This document shows positions 61,398 to 64,000 of a DNA stretch of 64,000 nt, in pieces. The stretch is from Bryobacterales bacterium. GTDB lineage: Bacteria; Acidobacteriota; Terriglobia; Bryobacterales; UBA6623. The notes beneath the pieces are model-generated. The model saw only the letters and a program-made list of their open reading frames with translations. It did not search any database and was not told the DNA's origin. Location: assembly GCA_963422375.2 (NCBI GenBank), contig OY729428.2:2496001-2560000 (forward strand), in the 5' to 3' direction. The translations under genes were made by a program, and so were the position numbers. Within the stretch, counting starts at the first letter, position 1, and the number at the start of each line of letters is the position of its first letter.

Positions 61398-62753
61398 GAG
61401 CCTTTTGCAAAATTCAGAAAAGAGGGCTGACCGCCCCATGAACGACTAGTTTCCGGGCTGTTATTCTCGCCGAAAAAGACCCCCTTCAGCTGGGCTTGCT
61501 CCGCTGCGGGGCGCTCCTGCGAGGAGCGGCCCCGTGCAGGCGCAGCTCTCCCGGCCCGGCCCTGCGGGCGGGCGCTCTGCCCGGCCGTCCCGGCGGCCCG
61601 GGCTCTCACAGCGCCAGGCGCAGGAGCTGCTCCACCGTCAGCGCGAGCACGCCGAACAGGAGGTGGCACAGCACCTTGCCGCGGCCGCGGACGCGCACGC
61701 AGCGCCCGCCGAAATCGTCCTTCAGGCGGCCGTTGACACGCTCCACCGTCGAGCGCTCGCGGTAGCGCAGCTTGGCGGGATCCGCCCGCCCGGCGCTGCG
61801 CAGCGCCTTGGCCTCCCGTTCCAGATCCGCCTGCAGCTCCGTCCGGCCGCGCGGGTTGACAGCGATGAGCGGCACGTGCCCGAGCCGCTCGCTGAAGGCC
61901 CGGATCCCGGCCGCGTCGTACGCGCTGTCCATCCGGTCGTACAGGTTGTCGACGCGGCCCGCGGTCCGTGTCGCCAGCGGGATCGCGGCCTGATCGCGGC
62001 CTGGCTGTCGTGCAGCGAAGCCGCGGTGAGCAGGCAGCTGACCGGGATCCCGCCGTCGATCGCGTCGATAGGCAGCTTGTAGCCGCGCCAGCTGACGGTA
62101 CGGCCCTTGGCGTTGCGCTTGGTGCCGGTATCGCAGCCCTGCGGCAGGTCGTGCAGCATTGCTTCGAGATTCATGTCGGGCTGCCGCGCCAGTCGGCGCG
62201 GAGCGGGCGGCCGCTGCTCGCCCTTGCGAGGGCGCCCGCGCTTGCGTTTCGGCTCCGGTTCCGGCGCGGGCTTCCCGGCGGGCCGCTCGCGGCCCTCGAT
62301 GGCGGTCGAGTCGCGGGAGACGTGCCCTGCCAAGTGGCCGTCGAGCGTCCGCGCGAGCAGCGCCTCGTGCAAGCGTCCGGGCAGTTCGCCGGCGGCGAAC
62401 TCGGCGCAGGCGCGCGAGAAGGTTGCCTCGCCGGGCACGGCCCCGGCCAGGTCCCGGCCGCACAGTCGGCGCAGGGTGCGATCGGTCTGCAGGCGCTCGA
62501 CCGGCGAGCGCGTAGCGGGCTGGTCGAAGACGACCTTGGCGATGAAGGCGCGCGCCATGGCGGCGCGGCTTGCGAGGGGGCGGCCGCGGCCGCCCTGCCC
62601 GACGGGCAGGCAGTCCTCGACCTGCGCCAGTTCCACCGCTTGGACGAAGCTGCGGCAGCGCTCGCCGAGGGGGCCGAGTTCCTGCTCGAGCCAGGGGAAC
62701 AGCCCCTGCTGGAACGTGAACCAGTACGCGGATACGGTTTCTATCAAGGACAT
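61398..62753 (-). mobile_element. IS5/IS1182-like element (DUF772 + DDE) with frameshifted transposase (61606-62753)
   Basis: GRP..RAAMARAFIAK, EATFSR, SRDSTAI, WRGYKL, ASLHDSQ, MDSAYD, RSTVERVNGRLK; candidate end GAGCCTTTTGCAAA at 61398; frameshift caused by an 11-bp duplication. Confidence 0.85.
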
Positions 62754-62890
62754 ATTCGTTGAATCCTGCCAGCTGTTTACTAGGCTTGCATTACAATAAT
62801 AGCACGGAGGGCAAGGGATTGTCAGGAAACTCAAAACGCAGACAAGCCATTAAAACTACATTTACTACAGTTCTATTTCATTTATTATAT

Positions 62891-64000
62891 CGCCCATTCA
62901 ACTCCGAAGTGCGACACGCGCCGAGCCACAAGGTGGCAGGGAGGGGAGAGGGGGGCAGCGACCGGTGGTGTCGCGGCAGTAGGCTGGTAGGTGCTGGAAG
63001 GAGCAGGGAGGCAGATGCCGAAGAGCTACACGCACGTGACGAAGGAGGAGCGCTGCCGGATCGAGACGCTGCGGGCGGCGGGCTGGGGAGCGGACAGGAT
63101 CGCCGGGCAGCCGGGCCGCAACCGGGCCACGATCTACCGGGAAGTGAGCCGCAACGGCCGACCGGCGGAGGGCGAGCGCGCGGCGAGCTACAGCTTGGGG
63201 AGCGCGCGGGAGCGCGCGGAGCGGCGGCGGCGCGCGGCGTCGTGCCGGCCGCGCCAGCTGACGTCGGCGCTGCGGGCGCGGAGCGAGGACTGCCTGCGGC
63301 AGGACTGGAGCCCGGAGCAGGAGCCCGGAGCAGGTCGCGGCGCGGCTGAAGCGGGAAGGGGCGCTGGAGATCAGCCCTGAACGGATCTACCAGCTGGTGC
63401 GCGCGGACCGGCGGCAGGGGGGCCGGCTGTACCGGCACCTGAGGCAGGGCGGCCGCAAGCGCGTGCGGCGGGTCGGCCGGACGGCGGGCCGCGGCCTGAT
63501 CCCGGGGCGCGCGGACATCGCGGAGCGCCCGGCGGAGGCGCGAGCGAAGGCGCGCGGCGGCGAGCGGGAGGCCGACACCGTGATCGGCGGGCAGCGCCGC
63601 GGGGCGCTGGTGACGCTGGTGGACCGGTTCTCTAAGTACCTGCTAGTGCAGCCGGTTAGCCGGCGCACGGCGCGGCTGGTCGGGGCGGCGATGACGGCCA
63701 TGCTCGCAGGCAGCGGGGCCGTGACGCGCACGATCACGGCCGACAACGGCAAGGAGTTCGCGGGGCGCCGGGAGGTGGCGCAGCGGCTGGGGGCGGGCTT
63801 CTGCTTCGCGCGGCCCTGCCACTCCTGGGAGCGCGGGCTGAACGAGCATGCCAACGGGCTGCTGCGGCAGTACTTCCCGCAGGGGACGGACCTGCGGCGA
63901 GTGGACCCGGCCCGGGTGCGGGAGGCGCGGGACCGCCTGAACCGGCGTCCGCGGAAGGTGCCGGGCGGGCGCACGCCGGAGGAAGTCTTCCTGGCGGAGC
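62891..64000 (+). mobile_element. IS30-family element with frameshifted transposase (ATG 63015), truncated by the window end
   Basis: End sequence CGCCCATTCAACTCCGAAGTGCGACAC; HTH TIYREVSRN, WSPEQ, E.IY, EADTVIG, TITADNGKEFA, WERGLNEHANGLLRQYFP, LNRRPRK. Confidence 0.9.

Overview
High-GC bacterial chromosomal segment. Gene content (DUF1553/DUF1501 pair, permease-less HlyD+ABC pair, DUF6677, sulfatases, GT9) suggests Acidobacteriota, possibly Bryobacterales; this is an inference. It holds housekeeping and envelope genes (gltX, rlpA, thiD, pgsA, rph-rdgB, rnd), a TRAP transporter, two sulfatases and a cobalamin-riboswitch-led btuB-F-C-D-type operon. Three decayed accessory islands (about 19.3-25.3 kb, 37.8-40.8 kb and 61.4-64 kb) carry nested IS1595 elements, ISNCY, ISAs1/DUF4338, IS5/IS1182-like and IS30 remnants. 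The most unusual signal is that five transposases from four IS families are damaged mainly by A/T-to-G/C substitutions (Trp TGG->CGG, Tyr TAC->TGC, Leu CTG->CCG), three of them also by short tandem duplications, while host genes often use CTAG and TAG stops. A HAD-IB + LarA-domain pair at the left edge may start an elb-like ether-lipid cluster. I found no CRISPR array, rRNA or tRNA.
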